The notes beneath the pieces are model-generated. The model saw only the letters and a list, made by a program, of their open reading frames with translations. It ran no database searches and had not been told where the DNA came from. Shown here piece after piece: positions 32,915 through 44,400 of a stretch of 64,000 nucleotides of DNA (the stretch's first letter is position 1; each line of letters begins with the position of its first letter). The stretch is from Bacteroidota bacterium (GTDB taxonomy: Bacteria > Bacteroidota > Bacteroidia > Bacteroidales > UBA7960), in the NCBI GenBank assembly GCA_018335675.1, contig JAGXRQ010000019.1:7006-71005 (forward strand). The letters are read 5' to 3'. The translations under genes and the position numbers were made by a program.

Positions 32915-34379
32915 TAAAAATTTGGTTTATATCCAAAGTGTCTTGTTTAGGCTGTTCTACCTTCTTTTTTGACGGAGGATCAATAGCCACATAAATTCCT
33001 TTTCTTGCGAGGTCGTAATCAGGTATAGTTATAAGTTGCCAGTATCTTTCTGTAGGTCTGCGCTTTAAAAATGTTTCCCAATAGGCTTCTTTATTCATCC
33101 ACCAGTAATGTATTGCTCCCATAATGTATTGTTTAGTTTGGAAATAGCTAAACCATATCAATACAGACAACAACATTAAAGCAGGCAGTTTTATGAATTT
33201 CCTTTGTTCAAGAACAGTAGCCACAACAGATGCAAAAGGTATAGCCATTAAAGCGTATGAATCTACAAATGCTCTTAATCCGAATCCGCCTCCAAACCAC
33301 CACGACCACCAGCAAGATAGGATGTAAATGTTTAAAACTTTGAATACTAATATTGGCAAAAAAGCTCTCTTTAATTTCCATGGTAATAAAAATATTCCCA
33401 GGAAAGCAATTAACATAAGAGGTGTGTAAACAAACCATCCCTTCTTGTAGCTTAGTAAAATATTGAAAATCTGAGGATTATGCCAGAAGAAGCTGCCTTC
33501 CAACTCTCCGTATGAGAAGAAGAAAATCATTCCTGAAATGTACTTCCAGTATATAAACTGCGGTAGCCAGGCAATTATAAATAGCAAAGCCATTATAGCT
33601 ACAAGATGAAATTTTTTCAGAAAATATAAAAATCTCTCTTTGAATGCGTTAAGGCTATCAACTCCCCATAAAAAGAAAACTATTAGAATTATTATATTCG
33701 TAGGTCTTACCAAAGTTATAAAGCCGGCCAGAAAACCCAGCAGCATAATACGTTTTACCGAGCCCGGATTTTCATACCATTTTATCGTAAGTAATAAAAA
33801 CCAAGATATAAGCGCAAAGTTGTAGCTGTGCGACATTGCAGCCTCGTATGATGAATAATAAAAAAGATTTGTGCCAACTACAACTGTTAGAATAGTGAAA
33901 GCAGTAACCCATTTATTAAAATACCTTAGCAATACTTTTTTTAAGGCAAGTAATCCCAATAAGAGGTAAAATAAAGCGCTGAAAACAAGTGCAAACCTAT
34001 AGGGTGCAGTATATCCGTCGGCTTCATAGTCGGAAATCAACGCATAAGCATGTGCCATTAAAAAGAATGGAGAATACAAAACCGACATTCCCATTGTAGT
34101 AATTATAGCCTGCTTACCTGTTGGGGTATTTATTGGCCAGACCAGTTCCCCAAACTTCTCAATATTCTCTTTTCTAAAATTTAAATTAATGTCGTTATAA
34201 ATAAATACTGCCGGCAAATAGGCATAATAAGACTTTATGTCCCATTCAATTACTTTGTTCTTATTCCATGCCCTATGCTCAATGTTTGTAACTGTAATCA
34301 ATAATGCAATGCCGAGTATTACTACATTGTAAGGCTTTGCAATGAAATATTGTTTTATTCTATTCATTAAAATCTTCAT
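32901..34379 (-). CDS. Multi-pass membrane protein, probable GT-C-fold glycosyltransferase
   Basis: WDIKSYYAYLP N-terminal loop, MSH, LVRPTN, KGWFVYTP and WWFGGGFG.R. Overlaps the GT2 gene. Confidence 0.65.
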   Translation of the reverse strand: MKILMNRIKQYFIAKPYNVVILGIALLITVTNIEHRAWNKNKVIEWDIKSYYAYLPAVFIYNDINLNFRKENIEKFGELVWPINTPTGKQAIITTMGMSVLYSPFFLMAHAYALISDYEADGYTAPYRFALVFSALFYLLLGLLALKKVLLRYFNKWVTAFTILTVVVGTNLFYYSSYEAAMSHSYNFALISWFLLLTIKWYENPGSVKRIMLLGFLAGFITLVRPTNIIILIVFFLWGVDSLNAFKERFLYFLKKFHLVAIMALLFIIAWLPQFIYWKYISGMIFFFSYGELEGSFFWHNPQIFNILLSYKKGWFVYTPLMLIAFLGIFLLPWKLKRAFLPILVFKVLNIYILSCWWSWWFGGGFGLRAFVDSYALMAIPFASVVATVLEQRKFIKLPALMLLSVLIWFSYFQTKQYIMGAIHYWWMNKEAYWETFLKRRPTERYWQLITIPDYDLARKGIYVAIDPPSKKKVEQPKQDTLDINQIFIEND

Positions 34380-34413
34380 AATACTATGCTAAGATAACTC
34401 AATTTTTTCCGAA

Positions 34414-35892
34414 TTACTTATCTTCACTCTGATAATCAATTATATTTGAAAATACTTTTACTTGAATGTTTTGAAACTCTCTTGATTCGTCGGTTTCCTG
34501 ATATTTATTATTTAAATAGTTCACAATATTCTGCTCAGGGTCGGCTACATTATAATGACATAGCACAACAATAATTTTTTCTTTATTTTCTATGTCAAGT
34601 TTTTTTAGTTCACCAATGCTGTTAATGAAAAATATGTTTTCTTTTTCCAATACTTTTCTTGTGTCTTTGTATTTTATAACGTAATCTCTGTTGTAATAAT
34701 ATGAGAAAGAAATCCAATGATAATTAGCCGAAACTATTGTGATAGCATTGTTAGTCTTAATTTCATTATAATACACCGAAAGCCTCGCCCAATCTTCATT
34801 TTTTGGAGTTTTTAAATTTAATTTATGAAAAGAAAATGCCAGAAAAACAAATATCAAAATAACTTTTAAAGCCATCGGAAATCTTTTGTGTGATGCTATA
34901 AAAGGTATTAGCAAGTATAAAGCGATTGTTGCGTAAAGAACATATCGGTGTATAAATCTTGGGTTGAAATATACTGAAACCAGAAACAATGATGCAACAG
35001 GTATTATAAGCCATAGAAATAAAAGAGTAACTTTTAAAATGCTTTCTTTTTTTATATCACGAATTGATTTTTTCCTGAAAAGAAATATTGCTGATAATGT
35101 TACTATTATGACTAAAATGAAGGTTGAGGCTTTGTTTCCAAACAAGAAAAACATGTTGAAAAAGTCTTTGATTTTCGGGATTGGCAGCCAAACAGTTCCT
35201 CCGCTTTCCAGCCAACTGTTGTTTATTACCCAAAAGCTTAGCAAGAATGTAGGAACTGCAATTGATAAGAAGCCTTGTATTAATCTTATTCGGGAATTGT
35301 AATAGAACAATAGAAATAATCCTTGAGCTGCAAATATAAATATTGATGTAAGGTGGGTGTATAAAAGAATTGTATTGAGCAATATCAGGAAAAAAGTTTT
35401 TAGCCAGCTCGGGTTTTTGATAATTTCAAGAAGTAAGAAGAATGAGGCAGTAACAAGCAGTGTGACTAATGTATAGCTTCTAATTTCATGTGAATAGTAG
35501 AATTGTAAATGAGAAACCGAAAACAGTAAGCAAGCAAAAACTGCAGTAAAGATGTTGAAATGTCTTTTGGCCAGAAAAAACAAAACAGGAATTGTTGCTG
35601 CGCTAATAATAATCGACAGAAATCTGGTAGCAAACACATCATGTCCGAACAAATCCATCCAATAGCTTAGTAATATAGTATAAACCGGAGCATTGGGATA
35701 CCTTAGCGAATGCAGTATAATGTCTTTGGTAGATTCCAACGACATTAAGATTTGTGATGCCTCGTCAAGCCATAATGAAGAGAATGTTACATGCAAGCTT
35801 TTTATAAAGACATTTAATGCCATTAACACCAGGATAAATGGCCAAGGTTTTGCCGAGATAAAGTTTAAAGTTTTTGTAATTGCTTTTTCCAT
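34414..35892 (-). CDS. Glycosyltransferase family 39 / PMT-like (GT-C) membrane protein
   Basis: SLWLDE, P.Y..LL..W, R.LS, YYSHEIRSY and LYTH motifs. Confidence 0.85.
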   Translation of the reverse strand: MEKAITKTLNFISAKPWPFILVLMALNVFIKSLHVTFSSLWLDEASQILMSLESTKDIILHSLRYPNAPVYTILLSYWMDLFGHDVFATRFLSIIISAATIPVLFFLAKRHFNIFTAVFACLLFSVSHLQFYYSHEIRSYTLVTLLVTASFFLLLEIIKNPSWLKTFFLILLNTILLYTHLTSIFIFAAQGLFLLFYYNSRIRLIQGFLSIAVPTFLLSFWVINNSWLESGGTVWLPIPKIKDFFNMFFLFGNKASTFILVIIVTLSAIFLFRKKSIRDIKKESILKVTLLFLWLIIPVASLFLVSVYFNPRFIHRYVLYATIALYLLIPFIASHKRFPMALKVILIFVFLAFSFHKLNLKTPKNEDWARLSVYYNEIKTNNAITIVSANYHWISFSYYYNRDYVIKYKDTRKVLEKENIFFINSIGELKKLDIENKEKIIVVLCHYNVADPEQNIVNYLNNKYQETDESREFQNIQVKVFSNIIDYQSEDK

Positions 35893-35942
35893 AAAGAATG
35901 CTTCAATCTATAAATTATTAAAGGTGTAATGTGTTTTCTATA

Positions 35943-36725
35943 TCAGTCAATCTTATAAATATCACCTTCCCCATATCTTCCAGCGAGTCTGATTGCAGGA
36001 TTACCTTTGTAATACACATTGCCATTCATGTGAATTTCTGTAATAATCGAATCCTTGGCATTAATGAATGCATTATTGTTGCTCATATGATTAATGTAAA
36101 CGATATTGCAATCCATTTCCAAAGAGTTAACTACTCCCAAACCTCCGTTGAAAATGCCAAGATAAACAATTTTTTCGCCTTGAAAACTCACATCTGCTGT
36201 TCCGGATTGATAGCTTAAAGTTACATGCCTTGTTGCCGATTCAATTTTTACATTACCGTGCCCTTCAATTATGCGAATCCTAAATGAATGCCCTTCTATT
36301 GGCGACATAGTTTTGATGTTGCCGTAGCCTTGATACTCTATTCTTTGCAGTGTTTTTGTATTCAAATGAACTTCAATTGGCTTTTTATAATCTCTTGTCC
36401 AGTTGCATGTATTAGTGTTCTTTATAACAAGAATAGTATCATTTATTTCGGTAATAACTTTGTCGATCAAATTCTCTCCAGCATAAACTCTTGCAAAGTT
36501 AAAGGTGTCGGGGTAAATGTATAAATCTACATTGTCTGTTAAAAGTATAGTTTTAAAGCTTGCTATTTCTCTGTTTTCCCAAACTAATTCTCCTGTATTT
36601 TTAAAACAGTCGTCGGGAAACCCTGAATCACATGAATTCAATATAATTAGCGCAGCACAAAAAATTGCAAAACAACTTTTTATTGCTGCTGATGTTAAAT
36701 CATTATATTTCTTAATTCTAATCAT
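35943..36725 (-). CDS. DUF2807/head GIN-domain lipoprotein
   Basis: Lipobox LNSC, DCFKNTG, AGENLI, L.IKN.N.CNW.R and GNVYYKGNP. Confidence 0.75.
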   Translation of the reverse strand: MIRIKKYNDLTSAAIKSCFAIFCAALIILNSCDSGFPDDCFKNTGELVWENREIASFKTILLTDNVDLYIYPDTFNFARVYAGENLIDKVITEINDTILVIKNTNTCNWTRDYKKPIEVHLNTKTLQRIEYQGYGNIKTMSPIEGHSFRIRIIEGHGNVKIESATRHVTLSYQSGTADVSFQGEKIVYLGIFNGGLGVVNSLEMDCNIVYINHMSNNNAFINAKDSIITEIHMNGNVYYKGNPAIRLAGRYGEGDIYKID

Positions 36726-37818
36726 TTAAAAAAACCTTATATCCGATGCCTAATTCAAAAAACTGAGCTGTAAAAAACTGAGTTTTCAAACTCAAATTAA
36801 AAACCAAATTGTTGTCAAATGTATGCCTAAAGCCTACCCTGTGGTAAAATAAATTATCCTGGAAATTGTATTTGTCATATATATATATTCCTTTGTGCAA
36901 AAAGAAAGCATTCTTCCCGAAATCCATTTGAAACGCAAAGTATAAACCATGATTAATATGCCATTGAATGTGCTCTTGCTCTCTTTCTACAACATGAGAA
37001 AGTAAGTTCCTGTTGTTGTAATAATAAAAGAAATCATATCCAAGCCCAATTCTATATTTCAAATTCACAGGGTAAGAATACATACTCGTAATACCTGCTC
37101 TAGGACTCAATTTGCTGCCTGCCGGATATGAAGCTGCCATCCCTCCAAATGCTAATATCAGCAAATCGTTGTCGCGATTGTTTTTATAATCAGTTGAATC
37201 ATTTGTGGGTTGCTGATATTTGCTATTATCTATAGAAAACCCTAGTTTCACTGCTGGAATATTTAATCCTCTGTTTGGAGTGTTTGTTCTTCCATTGCTG
37301 AAATGTGAAAATCCAACTCCTAGTATTGCATTATACCTTTCTTTAAACAGAAATTCATTTTCAAACATTATGTTTACTGCCAGATTTAAATTTGAACTAA
37401 TGGCTGTATTTCTGTAATTCTCTGTGTAGTGATATTTTTTCGTAAGATAACCCACGCCAACAGCATATCTGGCATTCAAACGATATGTTTTGCCATTTAT
37501 AAAGTTGAATTTTATATGTGGCATAATAGAGTATGCATCACCCAATACCTCAGGGTATCCTAATCCTGAATATGAAAAATCGATTCCAAGGTATGGATAT
37601 CTGTATAACTGATGCCAATCTTTATTCCCTGTAGTTTTTCCGGAGATTGATATGTGATATGATGAAAACCAACCGCGATATAAATGAGGCATTGATTCAT
37701 TATGAGGCGCAATAAAACCCCTGTGATACGACGCTTCGATGTTGTTGAAAAAATAATTCTGCGAAAACAGGCATAAACTAAATGCTGTAAATAATATCGA
37801 AATTATTGTCTGTCGCAT
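36718..37818 (-). CDS. Acyloxyacyl hydrolase (PagL-like outer-membrane beta-barrel)
   Basis: Signal peptide, W...YRYP..G, N.AISS.LN and the HFSNG....PN.GLN catalytic motif. Confidence 0.8.
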   Translation of the reverse strand: MRQTIISILFTAFSLCLFSQNYFFNNIEASYHRGFIAPHNESMPHLYRGWFSSYHISISGKTTGNKDWHQLYRYPYLGIDFSYSGLGYPEVLGDAYSIMPHIKFNFINGKTYRLNARYAVGVGYLTKKYHYTENYRNTAISSNLNLAVNIMFENEFLFKERYNAILGVGFSHFSNGRTNTPNRGLNIPAVKLGFSIDNSKYQQPTNDSTDYKNNRDNDLLILAFGGMAASYPAGSKLSPRAGITSMYSYPVNLKYRIGLGYDFFYYYNNRNLLSHVVEREQEHIQWHINHGLYFAFQMDFGKNAFFLHKGIYIYDKYNFQDNLFYHRVGFRHTFDNNLVFNLSLKTQFFTAQFFELGIGYKVFLND

Positions 37819-37979
37819 GAATTATGAAGTTTTTTAAAAATTGTTTCCAGATGCGAAATTAATGTTTTTGAAGATGATTTTATTAGGAAAAAAATCTTTC
37901 TGATTTTATAGATTTTTAGAAAATATGAAATATATTTGCACCAGGTAAACTAAAAACGGGTAATTAGTATATTTTTATA

Positions 37980-38585
37980 ATGGAAGATAAGAATACCATA
38001 TCAAGTAGAATACTCAACAGTGCTTCTGTAATGTTTTTTAAATATGGTTACAGTAAATCTACTGCCGATGAAATAGCTCGTGAGGCCGGCGTGTCTAAGC
38101 GTACAATGTATAAGTACTACCCGGGGAAATCAAATATTTTGGAGCATCTTATTGATATGAAAATAAGCATATTACATCAACAAATGCAAGATATTCTAAA
38201 TTCTGATTTTGATTTTCCTGAAAAGTTAAAAAAATCTGTTTCTACTGTAACTGCCACTTTACAGGAAATTAATCGTGATTTTCTTGACGATATACGAAAA
38301 AGCGTTCCTGAGATTTGGCAAAAAATATCTGATTATAAAAAGGAACTTGTTGAAAAATATTACACTAAGATACTTTTTGAAGGAAAGAAATCGGGTCATT
38401 TTAAAGAGAATATAAATATTGGAGTTGCAGTTTTGCTAATGATGAATGCAATGGAGTTGATTTTAAATCCACCGGCTAAAGGTGGTTTGCCTGAAGAATT
38501 AGAGAAGCATGTTCCTGCAAAGGCTGAAGTTCTTTTTGATGAAGTTCTTGAATTGATTTATAATGGTATCCTTGCTAATGATTAA
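37980..38585 (+). CDS. TetR/AcrR family transcriptional regulator
   Basis: F.KYGY..ST.DEIAREAGVSKRT.YKYY HTH. TATATTTG -7 element at 37931-37938. Confidence 0.92.
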   Translation: MEDKNTISSRILNSASVMFFKYGYSKSTADEIAREAGVSKRTMYKYYPGKSNILEHLIDMKISILHQQMQDILNSDFDFPEKLKKSVSTVTATLQEINRDFLDDIRKSVPEIWQKISDYKKELVEKYYTKILFEGKKSGHFKENINIGVAVLLMMNAMELILNPPAKGGLPEELEKHVPAKAEVLFDEVLELIYNGILAND

Positions 38586-38608
38586 TAAAGTTTGAAAAAT
38601 CGAATAAA

Positions 38609-40093
38609 ATGAAAGGAAAATCAAAACTGATATTATTAGTCTTTTTCTTATTGATTAAGCTAAATGCATATTCTCAAAGGGTATTAACATTAGAAGAGAC
38701 AGTGTCTTTAGCGATTGAACATAATCTGGGAATAAAAATTTCAAAGGAATATTCCGGCGCAGCAACTGCAATTAGAAAAGCATCTTATACAAAGTTTTTT
38801 CCTAGCATAGATATTACAGCAAATTATACAAGACTTAACAAGCAATTTAATTTTCTTCAGGATGATATGCTGTTGCCTGTAATTCCAATTAGCGCGATTG
38901 ACCCTATTACCGGAGAGGTTGACCCAAACAGATTGTTCGACCCGGAAATCACTCCTCCTCCAACCGGGGTTGTATTTAAACCAAATTCTAATGAATATTA
39001 TACAGATATGTACGGCAATCCTGTTTTTTACAGGTATATGTGGTTGCCTCAAAACATGGCAAATATTGGGAAGAAAAACACTTATATTGCAAATGTTGGT
39101 CTTATTCAGCCAATCTTTACAGGAGGGAAAATTAAAGCTCAGTATAATATTGCTAAATATTTTGAAAGTATAGCCGACAATGAAAGCAAATTAAAAGTTG
39201 CTGAAACTATTATTGAAACTAAGGAATTGTTCTACACCCTGCTTAGTTTACAGGAAAAGGTTCAATTAGCTGAGAAATACAAAGAGATGCTTGAAAAACT
39301 GTCTGTTGATGTTGAAAATTACTTTGAGGAAGGGTTTATTTTGCATAATGATTTGCTGAGGGTAAGGGTAAAGTTAAATGAAGCTGCACTTCTTCTTTTG
39401 AAAGCTAATAATGGCGTTAGCTTGGCCTCTGCAGCATTGAACAGAAATCTTGGATTGCCTCTTGGTGAAAAAATTATTGTAAGCCACGATCTTATAGTAT
39501 CAGATATGTTTTCATCAATAGATAATTTAGTTGAAGAAGCATTGCAAAATCGTTCGGAGTTGGCTATGGCAAATGATTTTGTCGGCATTTCTCAATCATC
39601 CGAGAAAATGGCCAAAGCAAGGTATTATCCTGATGTGATATTTTCTGCTAATTACTTTTTCGCAAATCCAAACCCATACAGGGGCTTTGCCGATGAGTTT
39701 GGCCACGATTATGCTTTAGGCATCACTATGAAAATACCTGTATATGATTGGAATGAAAAAGGTCATGTTCTTCAGGCAGTGCGACACGGGAAAAATGCAA
39801 TGGAGCTGAAACGACAAGATGCAGCAAAACTAATTGAGCTTGAGGTAACAAAGCTTTTCTTTGAAATGAGCGAAGCAGCTGCAAGTGTATATCTAACCGA
39901 AAGCTCGTATAATAAAGCTCTTGAGAATTTGCAATTTGCTGAAAGTAAATTTGAGGAGGGAACAGTTACTTCTTCAACTTTATTGGAAGCACAAACTTTA
40001 TACAAACAGGCTTTTACTGATTATATTGAAGCTAAAGCTAATTATCAGCTTTCAATTGCGAAAATGAATAAAGCTTTGGGTAGAATGCCTTAG
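38609..40093 (+). CDS. TolC family outer-membrane efflux protein
   Basis: LTLEE.V.LAIEHN, QPIFTGGK, ALQNRSEL, IPVYDW and FEEG.....LLEAQ. Confidence 0.9.
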   Translation: MKGKSKLILLVFFLLIKLNAYSQRVLTLEETVSLAIEHNLGIKISKEYSGAATAIRKASYTKFFPSIDITANYTRLNKQFNFLQDDMLLPVIPISAIDPITGEVDPNRLFDPEITPPPTGVVFKPNSNEYYTDMYGNPVFYRYMWLPQNMANIGKKNTYIANVGLIQPIFTGGKIKAQYNIAKYFESIADNESKLKVAETIIETKELFYTLLSLQEKVQLAEKYKEMLEKLSVDVENYFEEGFILHNDLLRVRVKLNEAALLLLKANNGVSLASAALNRNLGLPLGEKIIVSHDLIVSDMFSSIDNLVEEALQNRSELAMANDFVGISQSSEKMAKARYYPDVIFSANYFFANPNPYRGFADEFGHDYALGITMKIPVYDWNEKGHVLQAVRHGKNAMELKRQDAAKLIELEVTKLFFEMSEAAASVYLTESSYNKALENLQFAESKFEEGTVTSSTLLEAQTLYKQAFTDYIEAKANYQLSIAKMNKALGRMP

Positions 40094-40096
40094 GAT

Positions 40097-40349
40097 GGGG
40101 AGGAGTAGGGGTTGGGGTATCGGGTGTAAGGTGTAAGGTGTAAGGTGTAAGGTATAAGGTATAAGGTATAAGGGTATAAGGGTATAAGGTATAAGTATAA
40201 GGTATAAGGGTATTTGGTATGCCGTCGTCAGCTCCCCCTTTAGGGGGCCGGGGGGGTAAGAAAGTTAGGTGTTAGGTGTCGGGTATAAGGTATAGGGGTA
40301 TAAGGGTATAGGGGTATAGGGTTTTAGCTTGTAGTTTGGGTTGGGGGGT
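40097..40349 (+). repeat. G-rich intergenic mosaic: (GGTGTAA)/(GGTATAA)/(GGGTATAA) arrays, CCCCCTTTAGGGGG palindrome and two G-quadruplex-type motifs
   Basis: Read directly from the sequence between tolC and the MFP gene. Confidence 0.85.
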
Positions 40350-40392
40350 GAGTAGGATGTTAAGATTGAAGATTTATTTAAAAAAATAAAGT

Positions 40393-41412
40393 ATGAGAAC
40401 ATTAAAGATTTTTATTCCATGTGTTTTGTTTCTTATTTCGTGTGGAAATAATAATGAAAAAGTTTCTGTTGCAGAAGAAGGCGTGAATGTTACTGTATTT
40501 CAAGCTGAGAGAAGATACCATAGGGAGGTGTTTGAATATTCCGCTACTTTGAAGCCATTCAGAGAAGCCAATCTTGGGGCTACAATACCCGGTAAGGTTG
40601 AAAAAATCCGAATTCCGAAAGGAAACTTTGTAAAGGAGGGAGAAATTGTTGTTGAAATGTCGGCTGAAGTATTGTTGATGGCACAAATAGAAAAAGACGC
40701 AATAGAAAAAGACTACAACAGGGTTGCAAGGTTAAAGGAAAAAGGTTCAGTTACTCAGCAGGATTACGACCATGTGTTGGCAAAATATGAAGCATCAAAA
40801 TCAAAGGTTGAGCTTTTTGAAAACAACACAAGGATAAGGGCTCCTTTTTCCGGTATAATTGCCGATTATCTGGTGAAAGAAGGTGAAAACTTTATGTTTT
40901 CTCCCGGCTTTGACATTGGATTGTCTCATACAAGCGGCATTGTTAGGCTAGTGCAGGTAAATCCATTAATTGCATCATTCAACGTGAATGAAAAGGATAT
41001 TAGGCATTTTAAAAAGGGCATGAATGCAGAAATTTGGCTTGATGCTTTTCCCGGTGAAAAATTCAAATCTGAAATAATACAGGTTGGGCCATTGGTTTCA
41101 ACCTTATCCAGAACAGCTGAGGTTCAGATACAGCTTCCTAATAATGATGGCAAGCTTATGCCGGGAATGTATGCAAGAGTTAAAGTAGAATTACCCGGCG
41201 ATACTCTTGTGTTTGTTCCTCGTCATGCTGTTTTAGAATCTGATTTAGGTTTTTATGTTTGGGTTGTTAAAGATAAAAAAGCACAAAAGAAAATTGTTGT
41301 GCCTTTGCTTACAAAACATGGATACACCGCGATAGAAAACATTCTGGAAGGGGAAAATATTGTTGTTGCCGGGATAAACAGGCTTTCAGAAGGAATACAA
41401 ATTAACGAATAA
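40393..41412 (+). CDS. Efflux RND transporter periplasmic adaptor subunit
   Basis: Lipobox ISC, G.VEKI...G.FVKEG, IRAPFSG and LMPGMYAR. Confidence 0.92.
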   Translation: MRTLKIFIPCVLFLISCGNNNEKVSVAEEGVNVTVFQAERRYHREVFEYSATLKPFREANLGATIPGKVEKIRIPKGNFVKEGEIVVEMSAEVLLMAQIEKDAIEKDYNRVARLKEKGSVTQQDYDHVLAKYEASKSKVELFENNTRIRAPFSGIIADYLVKEGENFMFSPGFDIGLSHTSGIVRLVQVNPLIASFNVNEKDIRHFKKGMNAEIWLDAFPGEKFKSEIIQVGPLVSTLSRTAEVQIQLPNNDGKLMPGMYARVKVELPGDTLVFVPRHAVLESDLGFYVWVVKDKKAQKKIVVPLLTKHGYTAIENILEGENIVVAGINRLSEGIQINE

Positions 41413-41423
41413 TAGAATAAGAT

Positions 41424-44400
41424 ATGAAGCTTCCAACGCTGGGTGTGCAACATCCTGTTATGACTATAATGTTGTTTTTGGGCTTGTTCCTATTTGGAGC
41501 CCTGGCCTACCAAATGTTGCCTAGAGATGTGCTTCCCGATATTGAAATGCCTGTACTTACGGTAGTAACTATTTATCCCGGTGCTTCGGCCGGTGATGTT
41601 GAGCAACAAGTTACAAAAGTGCTGGAAACTACTCTGGCCGGTATATCTAATCTTACAAGCATAACTTCTCAGTCAAAGGAAAATGTTTCTTTTATCTCGC
41701 TTCAGTTCGACTGGGGAAGCGATCTTGATGAGAAAGCAAATGCTGCCAGAGATATGCTTGAGTTTGGACAAAGATATCTTCCTGCTGAGGCTCAAAAGCC
41801 AATTTTGATGAGAATTAACAGTGATTTGTTCCCTGTTGTGATTTATGGTATAAATGCTGATGAAAGTTATAATGATTTAGGAAGAATTGTTGATCAGGAT
41901 ATCTCTAATGCTCTTAGAAGGGCTGATGGAGTAGGAGCATTGCTTATCCTGGGGAAAATTAAAAAACAACTTCAGGTTGAATTGGATCCTTTTAAATTGA
42001 AAGCATACAATTTATCGGCTGCACAGGTTTTGGCAGCTTTGAAAACAGAGAATGTTAGCATTCCGGCAGGTAATATGGTTGTTGGATTCGACGACCTTGC
42101 AGTTACAGTGCCGGGTGAGTTCCTTAGTATTGACGATTTAGAAAATACTCCCATAAGTTCATTAACCGGTACAACAATTTATCTTAAAGATATTGCAACG
42201 ATAAAGCCAGGCATCAGGGATAAACACGAAGTAGCGCGTTTAGATGGATTGCCGGGTATTGGTATTTTTGTTCAAAAACAGGCAGGTGCCAATACTTTGG
42301 AAGTGGTTAATGCTGTTAGAAAACAACTTGAAATAATTAAACCCAATCTTCCGGCAGATGTAACCATTGAAGAGCTTATGGATAACTCTGAGCTTGTCGT
42401 TTTTACCCTGAGAAATCTTAACAACACTATTTTTTATGTTGCAATTTTTGTAATTATTGTTGTGATTTTCTTTCTTAGAAAACTTCGCTCAAGTTTGATA
42501 ATAATTCTAACAATCCCATTCTCTCTGATAGTGGCGTTTATCTTTATGTATATAAGCGGCTATTCTGTTAATATTTTTTCTTTAATGTCGCTTGCAATTG
42601 CTTTGGGAATGGTTATAGATAACGCAATTGTTGTATTTGAAAATATTAGTAAACACATCGAAAAAGGTGTTCCTCCAAAACAAGCTGCACTTTTTGGAAC
42701 TCGTGAAATGGGAGGTGCTATCACAGCTGCGACTCTTACAACTATTGCCGTGTTTTTCCCTTTGTTGTTTCTGGATGGTATTGTTGGTATAATGTTTCGT
42801 CAATTGGCTGTTATTACTGCCATAACCTTACTTGCATCTTTGTTTACTGCGCTAACTCTTACTCCTATGCTTAGCTCGATTATGATAAAACAAAGTGTCG
42901 TTTCTAATAAGAGCAATAAATTTTATAACTATAGCGAGAAAATTTTCATTAAACTTGAAGATATTTATTATTCATCCTTAAAAGCCGCACTCAACAATAG
43001 ATTGCTAACAGTGATTATCTCTCTGGTAATATTTGGCAGCTCTTTATTACTTACAAGGCTAATAGGCACAGATTATATTCCTGATTTTGATGCGGGAGAT
43101 TTAAGCGCTGTTGTGGAAACAAGAATAGGTGCAAGCACTGAAGAGACTCTAAAGCTTACAGATAAGATTGAAAATATATTTCGAGATGAAGTTCATGAAA
43201 TAAAAAGTTTGTACAGTTTAACCGGGCAAAGTGAAGATGGAATACTTAGCTCTGTTGGTTTTAGAGAGGGTAAGAATGTTACAACTGTTTTTGCTCGTAT
43301 TGTCCAGCCGGAAGAAAGAACCAGAACGTCTGCCGAAATAGCTGAAGTGTTAAGAGCTAGAATTGCTGAACTTCCTGAAGTAGAAGATTATGTGGTTAGT
43401 GGAGGGAGTTTGCTTTCTGCTGCTGTGCTTGGAAATATTCGCCCTATTGAATTGAAAATTATTGGTACTGATATAGATGAGCTCAACCGTCTCGCTATTC
43501 TTGTGCAAGACTCAATGTTAGCTACAGGCGTTTTTGCAAATATTCAAAGCACTGTGGATAGAGGCAAGCCCGAACTTAGGATAGATATAGACAGAAAGAA
43601 AGCTTCTCTTCTAGGATTAAATACTGCAATGCTTTCTCTTCAACTTCGACAAAGTTTATACGGTGCTTCGGCAGGTACTATGAAAGTTAATAATGAAGAT
43701 GTACAGATTTGGGTAAGATACGATAGGAAGTTTGCTTCTTCTCCGGAAGATATTGAGAATGTAATGCTACTCACTCTTAATGGGATGCAGGTACCTTTAA
43801 GAATGGTTGCAAATATTAATGATGGCAGAGGTGTTTTGGAAATAAGAAGAGAAAATCAGCAAAGGGTTGTTTATATAAAGGCTGAACCTAAAGATGTTTC
43901 ATTAGGTGGGGCAACAGAAGTGTTGAAAAATCTTATCAATAATATTGATGTTCCGGAAACAATTACAACAGAATTTGGTGGCCAGGTTTCTGAGCAATCG
44001 CAGTCTTTTCGCAGTCTTTACATTATGTTTGTAATTGGTCTTGTGCTTGTATTTATGGTAATGGCGTCGCAGTTTGAATCTATCAAAAATCCTTTTATTA
44101 TCATCTTTACTATTCCGCTTTCAATCACAGGTGTAATCATAGCTTTCTATATTACGGGGTTAACTCTCAGTGCAGTTACTTTCCTTGGTATTATAATGCT
44201 GCTAGGTATTGTTGTAAATAATGGAATTGTGATTGTTGATTATACTAATTTGCTTAGGTCAAGAGGGCTTAAAGTTAGAGAAGCTATTGTTGATGCCGGC
44301 AGAAGCAGGTTGAGACCTGTGTTGATGACTTCGTTTACAACTATGCTGGGAATGTTGCCAATGGCGGTGAGTAGGGGAGTAGGTTCAGAAATTTGGTCTC

